DNA of 64,000 bases from a bacterium (GTDB lineage Bacteria; UBA8248): positions 800,001 through 864,000 of the forward strand of contig CBDBZY010000064.1 of assembly GCA_965213685.1 (NCBI GenBank). The letters are read 5' to 3'. Positions within the stretch are counted from its first letter, which is position 1, and every line of letters starts with the position of its first letter. The notes under the pieces are model-generated. The model was not told where the DNA came from, made no database searches, and was given only the letters and a program-made list of their open reading frames with translations. A program made the translations under genes and the position numbers. This document shows, in pieces, positions 23,992 through 37,320 of this stretch.

Positions 23992-24151
23992 CATAGGCGT
24001 AGGAATAAGGGGTGCCAGGGGGCCATGGCCCCCCCTAAAATCTTGGTTAAATCAGTGTACTAACATGTGTTAATAACTAAATTTGTGGGTGTGATGATTC
24101 AGAAAAATTTCTGCCCCCCCCCCCAATCAAGAAATTGTTCCTATGCATATG
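23992..24151. mobile_element. 160-bp MITE, same structural type as 16767-16955
   Basis: Imperfect TIR cataggcgtaggaa / ttcctatgcatatg, internal G- and C-runs, and near-TSD gttgc/gttac. Confidence 0.7.
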
Positions 24152-24603
24152 GTTACTGGTGAAGCCTCAGATCTGCGATTCATACATTTGCTAAAGTTGG
24201 TGTGTATGACAAAATTGTGTCAGACAGTGTTTTTTGGGCACATTGCTAATAGTCATGCAGTACGCTATGTCACAACTAAACTGAGGGATCTATCCAAGCC
24301 CCTTGTTTTTGCCTGTAATCATGTCGAGAGTAGGCGCTTGTAGCTCAGTCGCACGGCAGCGTAGTCTATATGTCAGCACTGGCACACCAGCCACAGAACT
24401 CAACAACAGCACACACCGTACACGTACACATTGTTATGACTCACATGCATCAAACCTTCTAGATCTAGATGACCACGTGTATAGGTCAAGGGTGATTACA
24501 TAACACAGTTACACACCTTGCTACATAAATATACAACTGTTACATTGCCAAAGATCATTCTGATCTTTTATATTCTTGACGAACCGGAATGGGAGGTGTG
24601 CAT

Positions 24604-25487
24604 TGTAAGAGCAGGTAGGACCGCAGCACCACGCCCGACCGAGGGAGACGGGAGACCGCTCAGAGGCAAAGATCAATCATGAGGCACACCCTGCATGCAC
24701 GTGATATTACATAACATGACAATGATGCAATGGGCATGATGCATGTGATGATAGGTGTGTGTGCGTAATGTGCGTCCAGTTTCCTACATCTCCCCCTCCC
24801 CGGCGTCCGGGGTGACGGTGTCCCCACGGTCAGCCTGGACGTTAAGCGAGTGTAACTCCTCAATCAGGCGCCTAGTTGGTCTGTGGGGTCAGGATGACCA
24901 TCGCAGAGGTGGCTGCTGGTGTTGGTGAGCTGCGGGGTGTGGTGATGGCTGGGGGGCGGGATGTGGTGATGGCTGAGGGGTGGGAGGGATGGATGTCGGC
25001 ACCCTGCATCTGATGAAACGCCTGTTGCGTACCAGGACGTGTCCGTTGCTGGTTTTGATGAAGTATCGCCTGTGTTTGCTGACATTGACTATGATCCCAT
25101 ATATGTCCCAGTGCTTGGTTTCATGGTTTTGGACAGCCACATGGGAGCCAATTGTGATGTCGGGGAGGGGGCAGGTGCACTGGTTGTATGATGTCTCCTT
25201 GGTGTGTTGTGTGGCAAGAGTGTGTTGCTTTGTCACCTTGGCAGAAGACGTATGCCATCGTTGCTGTGGTGGCTCAGGTTCGTGTGGATGCTTGCAGCGC
25301 CATGTAAGAGCAGGTAGGACCGCAGCACTGCGCCCGACCGAGGGAGACGGGAGACCGCTCGGAGGCAAAGATCAATCATGAGGCACACACCGCATGCACG
25401 TGATACTACATAACATGACAATGATGCAATGGGCATGATGCATGTGATGATAGGTGTGTGTGTGTAATGTGCGTCCAGTTTCCTACA
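24604..25487 (-). mobile_element. Internally deleted Gypsy/Ty3 LTR retrotransposon (TRIM-like), 884 bp
   Basis: Two 185-bp LTRs (24604-24788, 25303-25487) with TG...CA ends and 5-bp TSD TGCAT on both sides. On the minus strand the PBS tggcgctgcaagca follows the 5' LTR and the PPT ggggagggggaga precedes the 3' LTR. The internal remnant IGSHVAVQNHETKHWDIYGIIV...YFIKTSNGHVLVRNRRFIR is typical of a Gypsy pol C-terminus. Confidence 0.92.
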
Positions 25488-25504
25488 TGCATGTGGCAAT
25501 CAAT

Positions 25505-25800
25505 TGGACATGAGTTAGTCAATACTAACCAGTATCTTCTTTGAATGCTATACCATGAGTTAGTCAAATGCAAACACTAATGGGCTGCTCTATCATGGGT
25601 TGGTCAATGCTAATACATGTATGCTTACCGAATGTCCTATATACTGTGGGTTTGTTAACGCAATGCAACTAATATACTCACCGAATGCTCTACCATGGGT
25701 TAGTCAATAGTAACTAGTATGCTCACCAAATGCTCTACCATGGGTTAGTCAATACTGACCAATATGCTCACCCAATGTTTTACCGTTTGTAATCCAATAT
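25505..25800. repeat. Degenerate ~42-45 bp tandem repeat (ccatgggttagtcaatactaaccagtatgctcaccgaatgctcta)
   Basis: About 6-7 recognisable units. Confidence 0.75.
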
Positions 25801-27841
25801 CACTCTCTTTGTCAGGCATACTCAAATACAACAATGACAGCATAGGTTAACCGATTAACGCCAATTGTCATGTAAACACGACAAAATAACAGCTCCGCAA
25901 ACTCGTCCGCTTAACCTTACGCATGACCAGCGTATAGGGGCATATCCCATAGCATCGGAATCGGCAGTCTTCAAGGAATGACATCATCTTTTCAGTACGG
26001 GAATTGGACATTCACAGGGAAAGTTATGTTCCACAAATGAAGCCATACAATCGTGCATGCACTAGGTGGCCGTCTCGTGTAAGAGAATGAACTTCAGCGA
26101 GTATCTACAGGCTATACAGGTACAGGTAGCTATGTGGAGTCCATCGATAGGACGTTAGCCTTGGCAAGCTACGCAGTGTAGGTAAAAGCTACAAAGCCTA
26201 CATGTAGTCTCGAACGGGTGAACCGCGGGTATGACCTCACGTAGCGCTTACCTTACTTAGCTTGATGGCTTTGTAACTGGTATGTTGGATGCACAGTGGA
26301 TAGAGATAGCCCTTAGGGATTTAGAAAAGTACAAGGAAAACAAGTGTTTCGAGTTCTAGGTCAATGTCTTGTGCATAACAACATGACCGCCATGTTATTC
26401 CGTCACTAATAGGTTAACCCACAAACACGTACGTACATCTAGAAGCATCTTGACAGGGATCCAAAATATCACATGGAAGGGATCAATCCTTAATTAGGCA
26501 GATGGGGCTCAGAGGTTTCCTAGGGAGTAAGTTCTTGAAATGCGCACAGCTAAACAGAATTGCGAAGCTCTCTCCCGGCTGGGCTTAGCCCATGCACAAA
26601 TGAAGGAATCATGCACAATAACATAACTGGTGAGGTAGGGCTGGTTAGTTTACTGTTGGTGTAGCTGCACACTGGGGAAGTATCAGCCAAGTCACATCAT
26701 ATGTGGCTGTATGAAGCGGCAGCACGAACACAGTCATTGAGAGGGCGACACATGAAGGGGGACACAGGAAAAATCACACGTTTGTGTGGTGACACGGTGT
26801 GGTAGCACCCATGAAGTCGGTCATACAGCGAGGGAACGCTGGCAAAATCACCAGCAAAGTTTCTGAGAGGTCACACAATTAGAGGTCACACATGGGAGAG
26901 AGCCTGGGGACGAGGCTAAGAGGTTACACAGTGGAGAAGTGCCAGCAAAGTCATACACACTGTAGGACAGCACTAGCAAATCACCAGCAAAGACGGGGGG
27001 GGCACAGGACTGGGGACTGCTGGCAGAGTCAGTCGTGCCGGGGGAGAGTGTGGAAGCAGGGAGAGGGAGTGGAGGTGGGTTGGAGATAGAGGAGGGCTGT
27101 CATGGAGGAGTGGATGTGGGTAGAAGTGGAGGAGCCAGTACCATTGCGCAAGAGTGGAGACAGGGAGAGATTACCCAACAGCTGTGGAGGTGGCAAGAGG
27201 AACTGGGCTGTTGGAGACCAGGAGTGGGCTGAGGCTGCCTCGGGAGGAAGCGAGTGGGAGGTGGTGTGAGGAGAGGGCCATCATGCAACAGGGTGGAGTG
27301 CCACACCACACAGGGAGGAGCCAGGGGGAATGAGGTGCATGCAGTGGGCCATACTAAACAGGCACCAGTGGAAGGGCTCAAATGTAGAGGCTCAGTGTGT
27401 GTGGGGAAACTGAGATAAAGACGCAGGAGGGAGTAAGGCAAGCTACTCACCAGGTGGAGAGATGGTGGCGTGGGAGAGAGAAGAGGAGAAAGTGGAGGAG
27501 AAGGGGGAGGCAAGGCAACCAGGTAGCAGCAGTAACAGCAGTGCAGGGTAGGCAGAGGAGGAGGAGGAAGAGGAGGAGGAGGAGGAGGAGGAGGAGGAGA
27601 GTGAACTGAGGACTGTTTTGTTCACTTTCCAGGGGTGGACCCAGACATTAATAAAGGGGGAGGCACAGGTAATTAATGCACGCTAAATGTGCTGACTAGG
27701 GGGGGGTCTGGGGGCATGTCCCCCCAGGAAATTTTTGAGTTCACATCTTTTGAGATCGTTTCTGGGGCAGTTTTGGACAGGATATTTGAAGATGTAATAC
27801 TCTGCAGTAAGTGACTGTTCCTATAAATGGATGATACGTAC

Positions 27842-27935
27842 TTGCAGAATCTTCTCAAAGGTTGGTCGGTCAGCAGGCTTGTGCTCCCAGCAGGACTGCA
27901 TGAGCTTCCGTTTTACTTTAGCAGGAGTCTCTTGT
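27842..27935 (-). pseudogene. Isolated protein kinase (TK/TKL-type) subdomain XI exon fragment
   Basis: ETPAKVKRKLMQSCWEHKPADRPTFEKILQ followed by donor gtacgt; matches the LMxxCWxxxPxxRPTF kinase consensus. No intact upstream kinase exons were found. Confidence 0.55.
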
Positions 27936-29363
27936 CAAGGTCCAGCCGCATGCTTCATACACTTCTGGGTGCAGTGTTGTGCATGTACTATGGTAAACCT
28001 ATGTATGCCCGTCGCATATGTAGCTCGTGGTCTCATCCCCAGACTCTGCAATTGGTATCGTTCCCAGATGTATCTGTCCTCTGGGTTTTCTCCTCAGATA
28101 GGATCGATGCCCTTTCGTATTAGGTGAACGGCAGGTCTGCATGCAAGGTGTGCATGCTTCAGAGTGCTAGTGAGTGTCACATTTTCTATGGCTGTTTCAG
28201 AAACTGTCCACACAATGTTTCACAAAGAGCACACCAAACTGGAATAGATGACTGCATAATCACACTCCTTCAATGGCAGTGTCTAGCCTGTTGTTCTAGG
28301 TGAGGTTGCACATGGAGTTGTTATATATACAGTGAATATGGTATTGCTTGGTAGGTAACCTATGTGTGGTACCAATGGGGGGGCATTTGGAGGAGTACCG
28401 GCCTGGCACAATACAACCCCAAACACAACAGACAATGTCAGTCTTGAACAAGTCCCTGTACACAGTGTCAAAACCCACCTGGGGGGAGTCTGCAGATGAA
28501 TATATATGTACATAGTGGTTTTGTGGTTATGGTAACATTGCATAGAGTTTGTACAATACTGGAGTCATGGATGAGATAAATGATACATTGTAGGTACACC
28601 TGTACATGTACTTCAATGATATAACATACCGTTCGTGAGCAGGTCCAACTCTACATAACAGATGATGAATGGCATGAGGCTGAATCACTCTCATTCTGAC
28701 TGGCCGTATCAAGGCATGCTTTTCATAGAGTGGTGGTGTGTAAGGGGAGGGGGTATAGCATGAAGGAAGTATTTCTCAGAGGCCATAGTCAATAATCAGG
28801 GCTGTAGCCATGTCACCACTATTATTGACATCAGCATTAATGTTCTCCCAATGCCGACTTGCCTCTGCCAACTGTCTACACACACACCCTCTCCCCAATA
28901 GTGATATCACTTGTAGGTAAACAATGTAAATATCAATAGCCCTTGTAAGCTCCAAAGACCATAGAAAGTGGCAGCTATAGCAATACAGGAGACCTCAGTA
29001 CATCTACGTGCATGATGTGATAAATAATATTTTTGAGCCCATATCTCAAAAATTACTCATGGGAATACCAAATTTTGACCATCTGTATAGTAAAATTTCT
29101 TTACCGTAAGTACACAAATTCGTAGTGTAATAACGGTCAGCCTTGATTTACCTACACACACACACTGGGTGTTTATGTCAATTTTCATGGACATGGGGGT
29201 TTGATCAGAAGTAACTACAAGACCTTACAAGTGCAACAAGTGCAGTATGTGCTACTGGTTTGCCATGTTTTCTAAGTGCTAGAACGTTACCCACCCTATG
29301 GAATGACTGTACTTGTGGAGGGCAGACATCGCTCTACAAGCCAGTTTTTGTCCCATCATTGTA

Positions 29364-29982
29364 TATGTGACCGGATCTGCGAAAACCGACCACCTTGTAA
29401 AATATGTACATTAGAGATACGGGCGTTTGAACGCAGTCATGTAGTTCTAGACCCAAACTTTTTTTATTATACCACTGTAATCCTGGGTCCTTTAGCTACA
29501 TCGTGGTGGAGTTTGACAGCCATCAGCGTTTCCGTTCGAGTGCTATAGCGTGAAACATGCAGCCTATTCGAGCGCCCCGTTATAGTCTTGTAGAGTATAC
29601 GATGTGCGTTGCTAAGCCGAAGAACATGATCTACAAGCTACGCTAACGACTTGTAGCTTGCCCAATGGCTATATCGTATGGAGAATCAGCTGATTACAAG
29701 TAAACACGAGTACCCGTGTAAAAACTGTAAGTATCGTGGAAGTATACGGACTACGCAAAACATGCCCTAGCGACCGCAATAAACGCCCGTTTTCTGGAAA
29801 ACGCGTGCATCTAAATTAGCCGACTCTCCGTGGTTCTAAGGACCGTATCTCCAAAACTATACAGGCGATCGCTTCCAAATTTTCACCAGACCTAGACCAC
29901 ACCTCAATGACATCATTCATTGCGCTATCTCGATTTCGATAGCGGGTACAAGGTGGTCGGTTTTCGCAGATCCGGTCACATA
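29364..29982. mobile_element. ~620-bp non-autonomous DNA transposon with ~36-bp perfect TIRs, flanked by TA
   Basis: tatgtgaccggatctgcgaaaaccgaccaccttgta ... tacaaggtggtcggttttcgcagatccggtcacata. Confidence 0.88.
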
Positions 29983-30199
29983 TAGCTCATCTCGCGGAGA
30001 AGTTACAAGCGCTCTTATTTAACCAGGTGGTTCTGAGTCTCCTCTGTGTACCATGTCCTTCTGTTGATCTGAAATTTTGAGGTAAGGTTTGCAAAATCAA
30101 AAAGTACTGGTTAGAGCAATAAACCATGTCTAACATGTATCGCACAACATTTTTTGTACCAAGCCACATGGCATTGAAATCGTTTGGATGTTTATTGAA

Positions 30200-30740
30200 A
30201 TTGTGTGGTAGCTACGTGTATGTGCACCAACACCATGTGAGTACAGGGTCATACGGGGAGTACAGAGACCGTTGTATGGTATGTGTTTGTGCATACAGTG
30301 TTACTCCCACATGTACATAATTATGTCCTTTTTGGAACAGGCGGGCTGCAACATTCAGTGGAGTTGTGTGTAGATGGTGCTCCACCACTTTCTGTTTCTG
30401 TTTGAGTTTTAGTTTGTCAGGCATCAATGCTTAAGTGCAGTGCAAATTTGTTCTGAAGGGTCTAAGCTACTCTCAGCTGCTGGCTGACTTTAGGTGACGC
30501 CTTCTGTTTTGTTTTCTTCTTTTCCTCCTCTTCCCTCATGAGCAAATTAGAGTACGGTCCTGGATGTGCCTTCTGCAGGTGTTGCTTCGGATTCATTGAG
30601 AAGTTTCCCACTATCTCATGGCCGCAGATATAAGTAACTTGCATCAGAGGTAGAGTCTCTAATGCTCTTGTCCTGCGACTCCCTGTGCTCAAAATATTCC
30701 CGTACTTGGCTCCTACGTGGCCGACCAATAGACACTTGAC
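30200..30740 (-). pseudogene. Degenerate hAT/ZBED-type transposase N-terminus (BED zinc finger)
   Basis: GRPRRSQVREYFEH..QDKSI, then in a shifted frame ICGHEIVGNFSMNPKQHLQKAHP. This resembles the BED consensus S.VW.YF...C..C...TNL..HL...H. Confidence 0.55.
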
Positions 30741-33114
30741 TCACGGAGGATCCAGGAGATGGGGAGGTGGACAACCTCAGAGCAGCAGCAGACGTTGATG
30801 CTTCCCCGGCACCTTTAGCCATTGCCATTTGCCCCACGCTTGGAAGGCTTTCCTCCTCAATACAAAGACTTGGTATTATTTTTAGTTAGCATTATTTCTT
30901 TTTAGTAAAGCTCTGGATCTCCTGATGGCTTGGTTTTAATTTTCAATTACCAAATATAATTCCTTCTGACATGTGCACTTTTGGTTTTAGTTATGGTAAA
31001 CTAGAACCACACTACTTCCTAGGTGGAGCCTCCTTCTGAAGCATGTAGGTGCTGAGTGAGGGCATAACTCAGGCATGGTCAATGGCAGGAGGATGCCACC
31101 TGGTCTTCAAATTGGGTGTCATTTTCCCTTTCACTGTGAACATCTCCTTTCCTACATACCAAGTCTGTAAAAGTTGAGGGAGGAGGGGAGCACCCTACCT
31201 CCAGTCGCGAGTGATGGTGTGTGGCAACAGTGAGTGTGAGTAGCAGTATTCGGCAGGGGTGAAGCCAAGTGCAGGGTGGTTTGGAGCAGTTTGTTTTGTA
31301 AAAGTTTGTGGCAAGTTGTTGTGTTGTTCAGCTCTGCACGAGTGCTTCAGTGTCTGCAGAATTTTGTGGTGGCAGTGCTTTTCGTACCCACCAAGTAATG
31401 TAATTTACATCACCTATGATCGATAATACAATGAACTGCAATGTTGAGATACACAAATGATGCGAATGAAAGACGCATATGTTTAAGACCGATGTTGGTA
31501 ACACCAGAACCTGATTGTATGGCAGAACAGTCTGCAACTGACAACCAACTGAATTTCAGTATTTGTAAAGTTACCAAACCTCATCAATCGTGAGTGTTCA
31601 CTGTAGCCAACAACAATTACTAAAGACGACATTATTCAGTGTGCTTTCATTCAGGCATTAAGGGCAGGTAGATACAAATGTAGTTTACAGGGTGGTCTGG
31701 AGCAGGTGGAGGATTGAATCACGAAATGTGTGGTCACAAAGATACAGGATGTACAATGCCAAGAGAACTTTGATGTAATGCCAAATAATGGAAAGCCACA
31801 ACTCTCTCAGGAGTAGCCGTGACGTGACCTGCTCTGAATTGGACAACAGCTTGTGGAACTCGCCTTACCGGAAAAAGGAGCTACCACACAGTGTGCAAGT
31901 GGTTTGCTGGTTGAACACTCACTCTCACAAAGAGGACTGCCATACTGTCCAGTGGTTACATGATGGCTACCAGTCTAGACAGACATCATTTTACCCTTGC
32001 CAAGCTTACAGTGGTGCACATATATTTCTCAGCAGCTTGTCCTAAGGTGAAAGAAAAGGAAGCAGAGTGCTCAATCTCCTTGAAGTGGTGAAGGATGTGA
32101 TACATGCTAAGAGTATTGGAGTGGAGGGAGGAGGGGGGCACTTTACGTCCAGTGTCGTGTCGTGTGGCATTTGGTGGTAGTGAGGGATAAGTGGTGGTGC
32201 TTGACAGTGATGAAGCTGGATGGTGGTTTGTATGAGTGGATGGGAGGTTTGTGGCAAGTTGTGTTGTTTAGCAGTGTTTTGATGTGTTTACTCATGGTAA
32301 ATATTGATGAAAATCGTACACATGATATGAAACACCTGCATATGTATCAGTGTGAATATATGAAGAGGTGGCCAGCAGAGATCCCCTGTTGTTTTCACAG
32401 TGCTCTCCTTAGTTGGGGGACACCTGGAGAGCCCCAACCGTGTTCATCTGCTCCTGGAAACCTATTGTTTGTATGCCCAATGGGACAAGGTTTCATCAGC
32501 AACTTGTGCACCATAGGCATTCACCACCATGTTCCAAGTTTCATGTGCTAGACACTTCAGCTTTAAGGGTAACAACATCTTGCCAACCCTTTTGCCTGGT
32601 TAGTCAAGTCTTTAATATATGCCCCCAGAAATTTTGGAGTGCACATACAGTTGACTCCCACATTGTTGGATGAACTGATACATGTACTATTGCTACAGAG
32701 ATATGAATTTCTGTGCTGCTTACGTAGTCCCTGGGTACAATGCAGTGTTTCTCGAATTGTACAGTTTCATTCCTTTTCAAGCTCGCACTTGTCATTTTTG
32801 AGTTGATGGTGTTGCTGGCTTTTTCTGGCCTACCACTTCTACACAACAAAGCAAAGACCCTTCTGGAGAGTATATAACACAGTTTACTGAAGCATACAAT
32901 GCATAGTCCCTACTCCAATGAGTACTAAAACAATGAAATATAAGAGTCAAAAGGAAAGGCTTAGGTGCTAGTGATGTGTTGAAACTCCAAATGGGGGCAC
33001 TTACTGAGTGTGCCAAAAGAGTCCTAAACAATACTCTGGTTTCTGCATGAAGCAGGAAGCTGTTGTATTTCTGGAATCACTTATGCTTTTCATCATGAAG
33101 TCAGTGGTTCAGAC

Positions 33115-34196
33115 TGTGAGGCCCACCACGCAGAGGCCAGCTGCTAGGCCCTCCACGAGACCCACCACCCAGAGGCCGGCTGCTAGGCCCTCCATAAGGC
33201 CCACCACCCTGAGGCACACCACCCAGAGGCCAGCTGCAAGACCCTCCATGAGACCCACCACCCAGAGGCCAGCTGCAAGGCCCTCCATGAGACCCACCAC
33301 CCAGAGGCACACCACCCAGAGGCCAGCTGCGAGACCCTCCACGAGGCCCACCACCCAGAGGCACACCACCCAGAGGCCGGCTGCGAGACCCTCCATGAGG
33401 CCCACCACCCAGAGGCCGGCTGCGAGGCCCTCCACGAGGCACACCACCCAGAGGCCAGCTGCGAGACCCCCCATGAGACCCACCATCCAGAGGCCAGCTG
33501 CGAGGCCCTCCACGAGGCACACCACCCAGAGGCCAGCTGCAAGGCCCTCCACAAGGCCCACCACCCAGAGGCCAGCTGCGAGGCCCTCCACGAGGCACAC
33601 CACCCAGAGGCCAGCTGCAAGGCCCTCCATGAGACCCACCACCCAGAGGCACACCACCCAGAGGCCAGCTGTGAGACCCTCCATGAGGCCCACCACCCAG
33701 AGGCCGGCTGCGAGACCCTCCACGAGGCCCACCACCCAGAGGCCGGCTGCGAGGCCCTCCATGAGGCACACCACCCAGAGGCACACCACCCAGAGGCCAG
33801 CTGCGAGACCCTCCATGAGACCCTCCATGAGACCCACCACCCAGAGGCACACCACCCAGAGGCCGGCTGCGAGACCCTTCACGAGGCACACCACCCAGAG
33901 GCCAGCTGCAAGGCCCTCCACGAGGCCCACCACCCAGAGGCACACCACCCAGAGGCCAGCTGCGAGGCCCTCCACGAGGCACACCACCCAGAGGCCAGCT
34001 GTGAGGCCCTCCATGAGGCCCACCACCCAGAGGCACACCACCCAGAGGCCAGCTGCGAGGCCCTCCATGAGGCCCACCACCCAGAGGCCAGCTGCAAGGC
34101 CCTCCACGAGGCTCACCACCCAGAGGCACACCACCCAGAGGCCAGCTGCGAGGCCCTCCACGAGGCCCACCACCCAGAGGCCCACCATCCAGAGAC
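33115..34196. repeat. ~1.08-kb GC-rich modular minisatellite (15-, 12- and 12-bp modules)
   Basis: Modules c(c/a)caccacccagagg, cc(a/g)gctgc(g/a)ag(g/a) and ccctcca(t/c)gag(g/a) occur in variable order; several frames are open. Confidence 0.95.
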
Positions 34197-35021
34197 ACAC
34201 AAATGTACAACGGTTCATGAAAGTGATGTTAGGTTATGCACTTCCAAAAATTAATAGAAGCCAAGTGCTAGGAGAATAATGTGCAAGGTGATTGGTACGG
34301 CATGACCAGAGCCCATGTAAGGCAAAAGTAATGCAACACATCTTTCCAAGTTATGCACTTCTTCAGTACTCCCAGTGGCTGGGGCAGATATATCCCATAC
34401 AGACGGTTCTTGAAAGACTTTGCACTAACTGGCGCTAGCGTTCTTGCAAGCTGTAGATGTGATTTCTTGCAGGGTTGCTGGTGATCTTGTAAGAAATGCA
34501 AGACCTGCAAGTGGATTGGCCATAATCTTGCAAGGATCACATTAATCTTGCAGAATACCGCAAAGGTAACTTGCAAGTGTTCTTGCAAGTGTGAACATTA
34601 CAGTGCAAGACACTTCCAAGACACCCTCACATTGCAAGATTGCCTTGCCATCATTACTTGCAAGGTGATCTTGTGCACGCAGCCTTGTAATTATATGCCA
34701 CCTCAATATCATGCACATCATTATTTAAAGGTGCACTAAATCAAAGTACTGGACAAGTGGTGGTCTGCCACCCCTTGATAGAGGGGGAGAGTGGTAGTGA
34801 GGGAATTGAGGTAGAGATGGGAAGGTGAAATGAGATGGAGGAAATGAGTTGATGGAGTCTGTTCACTAGGTCAAGTCTCCTGTTTTCAACTACTGGACAG
34901 CACAACTTGTGATATGGTGAGCTGTGATTGTGAATGAGGTGGAGAGCATGAGGTGATAAGTATGAAGTGAAATTAAAGAACTTGACTGAGGAAAATATGA
35001 AGTAGAAATGAAAGAAGTTGA

Positions 35022-35995
35022 CTATGTATGCCTGAGATGGATGTAGCGAGGATCATTGTACATGTCAGTACACTTTTGTGTCATTTTTCTTCTGATGACT
35101 TTGTCACTTGTAGTGACATTCCAAGTGCTTCGTGAAACATCTGCGAAAAAATTAGACAATATGTATTATCCCTACTCAGTTCACTACTCAGCAAACATGA
35201 GCATGCAGACTACAAGGGAACAAACAAGTTATACATACCGTCAATGTAGTTCATCTTTTCTAGGTTGAATTGTCCTTTGACGAACAGGATCATTTGATTT
35301 TGCCACCCCAGATGGGTTCCCGTTTACCATCTCTGACATGGTGAACACACAGTCCATTAATTTGAGGGTTGCAATTCCAGGTTCTTTTTGCAGCTTTGCA
35401 TTGGCCAGTTTCACCTGGTTCATGGTGGATAGAAATTTCTGTGTATGACCAAAAAGAAAGGGTAAAAACATACTGCGACACTAACAATGAGTCTTAACTC
35501 ACTGGGGGGTTTTCTGTTTTAATGTCCCTAGGGAGTTGTTGATAGGGAGCTACCTTCCCTGGAGAGTGTTCTTCTAGGCATGTCCATTGGGGAAACTGAT
35601 GGTCCTGCTTCAGATGCCGAAGACACTTCAAACGAGGAGATCCTCACTAATCTATTTAGCTCCTTCTGCTGTTCTATGAACTTCGAAGTCAGTTTGATCT
35701 GGGATTTCTATGGACATATGGACACAAAGACAATCAAAGTCACACAGTAACACATCTTACTTCCAAATTGCGAGTCTTTTCTTTAAGCCTTGTAACCTCG
35801 GCGGTCAATGTTGTTGGTGAAATCCCAGGGTTCTGAGATAAAATACAATCTCTAGGTTTATACAACACAACAGTATCATTACTATATACATGTAGCTTAC
35901 CAATCCAATCATCCTCTTCAGCATTTCATTTTCTGCTATGTTGGCAGATAGACGTGCTGGTAGTTCCAATTGGTTTGGGGAAGTGTCTTCCATCT
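35022..35995 (-). pseudogene. Multi-exon BEN-domain-like gene, probably frameshifted
   Basis: KEPGIATLKLMDCVFTMSEMVNGNPSG...RTIQP, then a frame change to EKMNYID|gtatgt. Next exon ttttcgcag|(D)VSRSTW...DKVIRRKMTQKCTDM. This matches the BEN pattern L...F...E....SG...LD.....I...I..KC. Upstream short exons are coiled-coil-like. Confidence 0.55.
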
Positions 35996-37009
35996 ACACA
36001 GTACCATACACATAGGTATGGTTATACACAGCAAAGAAAAATAGCTACATTTCTGAATCATGTGCATGTAATATGCCTATACTTTCCCTCTCAGATACTG
36101 TGCACTAAGAACAGCTCAATGCAAAGGTGATTGAGAAGTACAATAGCCCAGAAGAGGCATACTAAACAGATGACAGAGTGGCACTCATAAACAATACAAG
36201 CCCATTCATGTGAAAGTCTTTCCGTTGTTTAATAGAGAATTATGCTAATGTATAGGGGCAACTGAATCTACATGCTTGAGCAATAACAAAGCTGGTAGTT
36301 GTAGGACGACCACTGTCACAACAAGAAGCTCTCACACTCTCACTTCTGAACATTTACCTCTCATGGGTGTCCAAGGAGTTACTGGTACTTTAGTCATTGG
36401 AGGCAAAGGCTGGAAAGGAAGGGTAGAAGCAAAGGCTGGAAGGTGGTAGAGGTGATGGAAGTGGATGCAATACAGCACAAGCTTGTAGCACAGCTTACAC
36501 GTGCTGTCAGAACATGCATTACGTATATTACTGCAGTGAACAAATTGCCACAGAAGTGTCAGTCCCACTCTTACTGAGTACATGTATGTAATGGTAGGAG
36601 CAGTGATTTACCCCTTGATAATTTATGAGACCACGTCTTAGACATATCAGCTCACTATAATTATTACTTTTTGTACATGAGGCATATATGTATATTTGTG
36701 AGAGCTCTGATAGTTGTGGTTTTGGCATTTGGTTTGGAGGTTGTTTTGGAGATGTCATTGCCAATTTGGCCGTTGGCCTGTCCTGTGTGAATGGAGATCA
36801 CCTCCCACATTATGGGGCATTTCGTATTGTTTATTGATTATAGTGAATTTGGTATTTCAATGAAGCACAGGGCTTGTGGTGATGGTACATACATGTACAT
36901 TGGTGATTGGGTGGCCCTGGTATTATTTTGCTGTTGTACATGTAGTACACTACATTAGGAGAAAGGATGAAGGAAAAGAAGGAAGAAAGAAATGAACAAA
37001 CACCAACAA

Positions 37010-37320
37010 TTTACCAGCCTCAAAGGCTTAGAAATGTGTACGCACTCCCAGCTTCAGCAGCTTAGAATCCCATCATCTAAGAAAAATATATACACACCCT
37101 CAGCCTCACCAGCTTAGAAAAATATATACACACACTCTCAGCCTCTTCCGCTTAGAAAAACAATCGTAGCCTCATGATCAGTGGCTTAGAAAAATAGATT
37201 CTCAGCCTCATTGACTTAGAAAAAGACCCACAGCCTCACAGCTTAGAAAAATAGATTTAACAGCCTCAGCAGCTTAGACAAATTGACACAAATAGCCTCA
37301 AAGGATTAGAAAAATAGATA
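37010..37320. repeat. ~35-43 bp tandem repeat (cagcctca..gcttagaaaaata)
   Basis: About 8 degenerate units. Confidence 0.8.

Noticed and set aside
33115-34196. Possible CRISPR-like array
   Set aside because: There are no unique spacers and no cas genes, and the context is eukaryotic.
33101-34218. 369-aa minus-strand ORFs (hydrophobic VVGLVEGLAAGLW and Gly/Pro-rich) as real proteins
   Set aside because: They are by-products of a stop-free minisatellite, with no unique flanking coding sequence or splice support.
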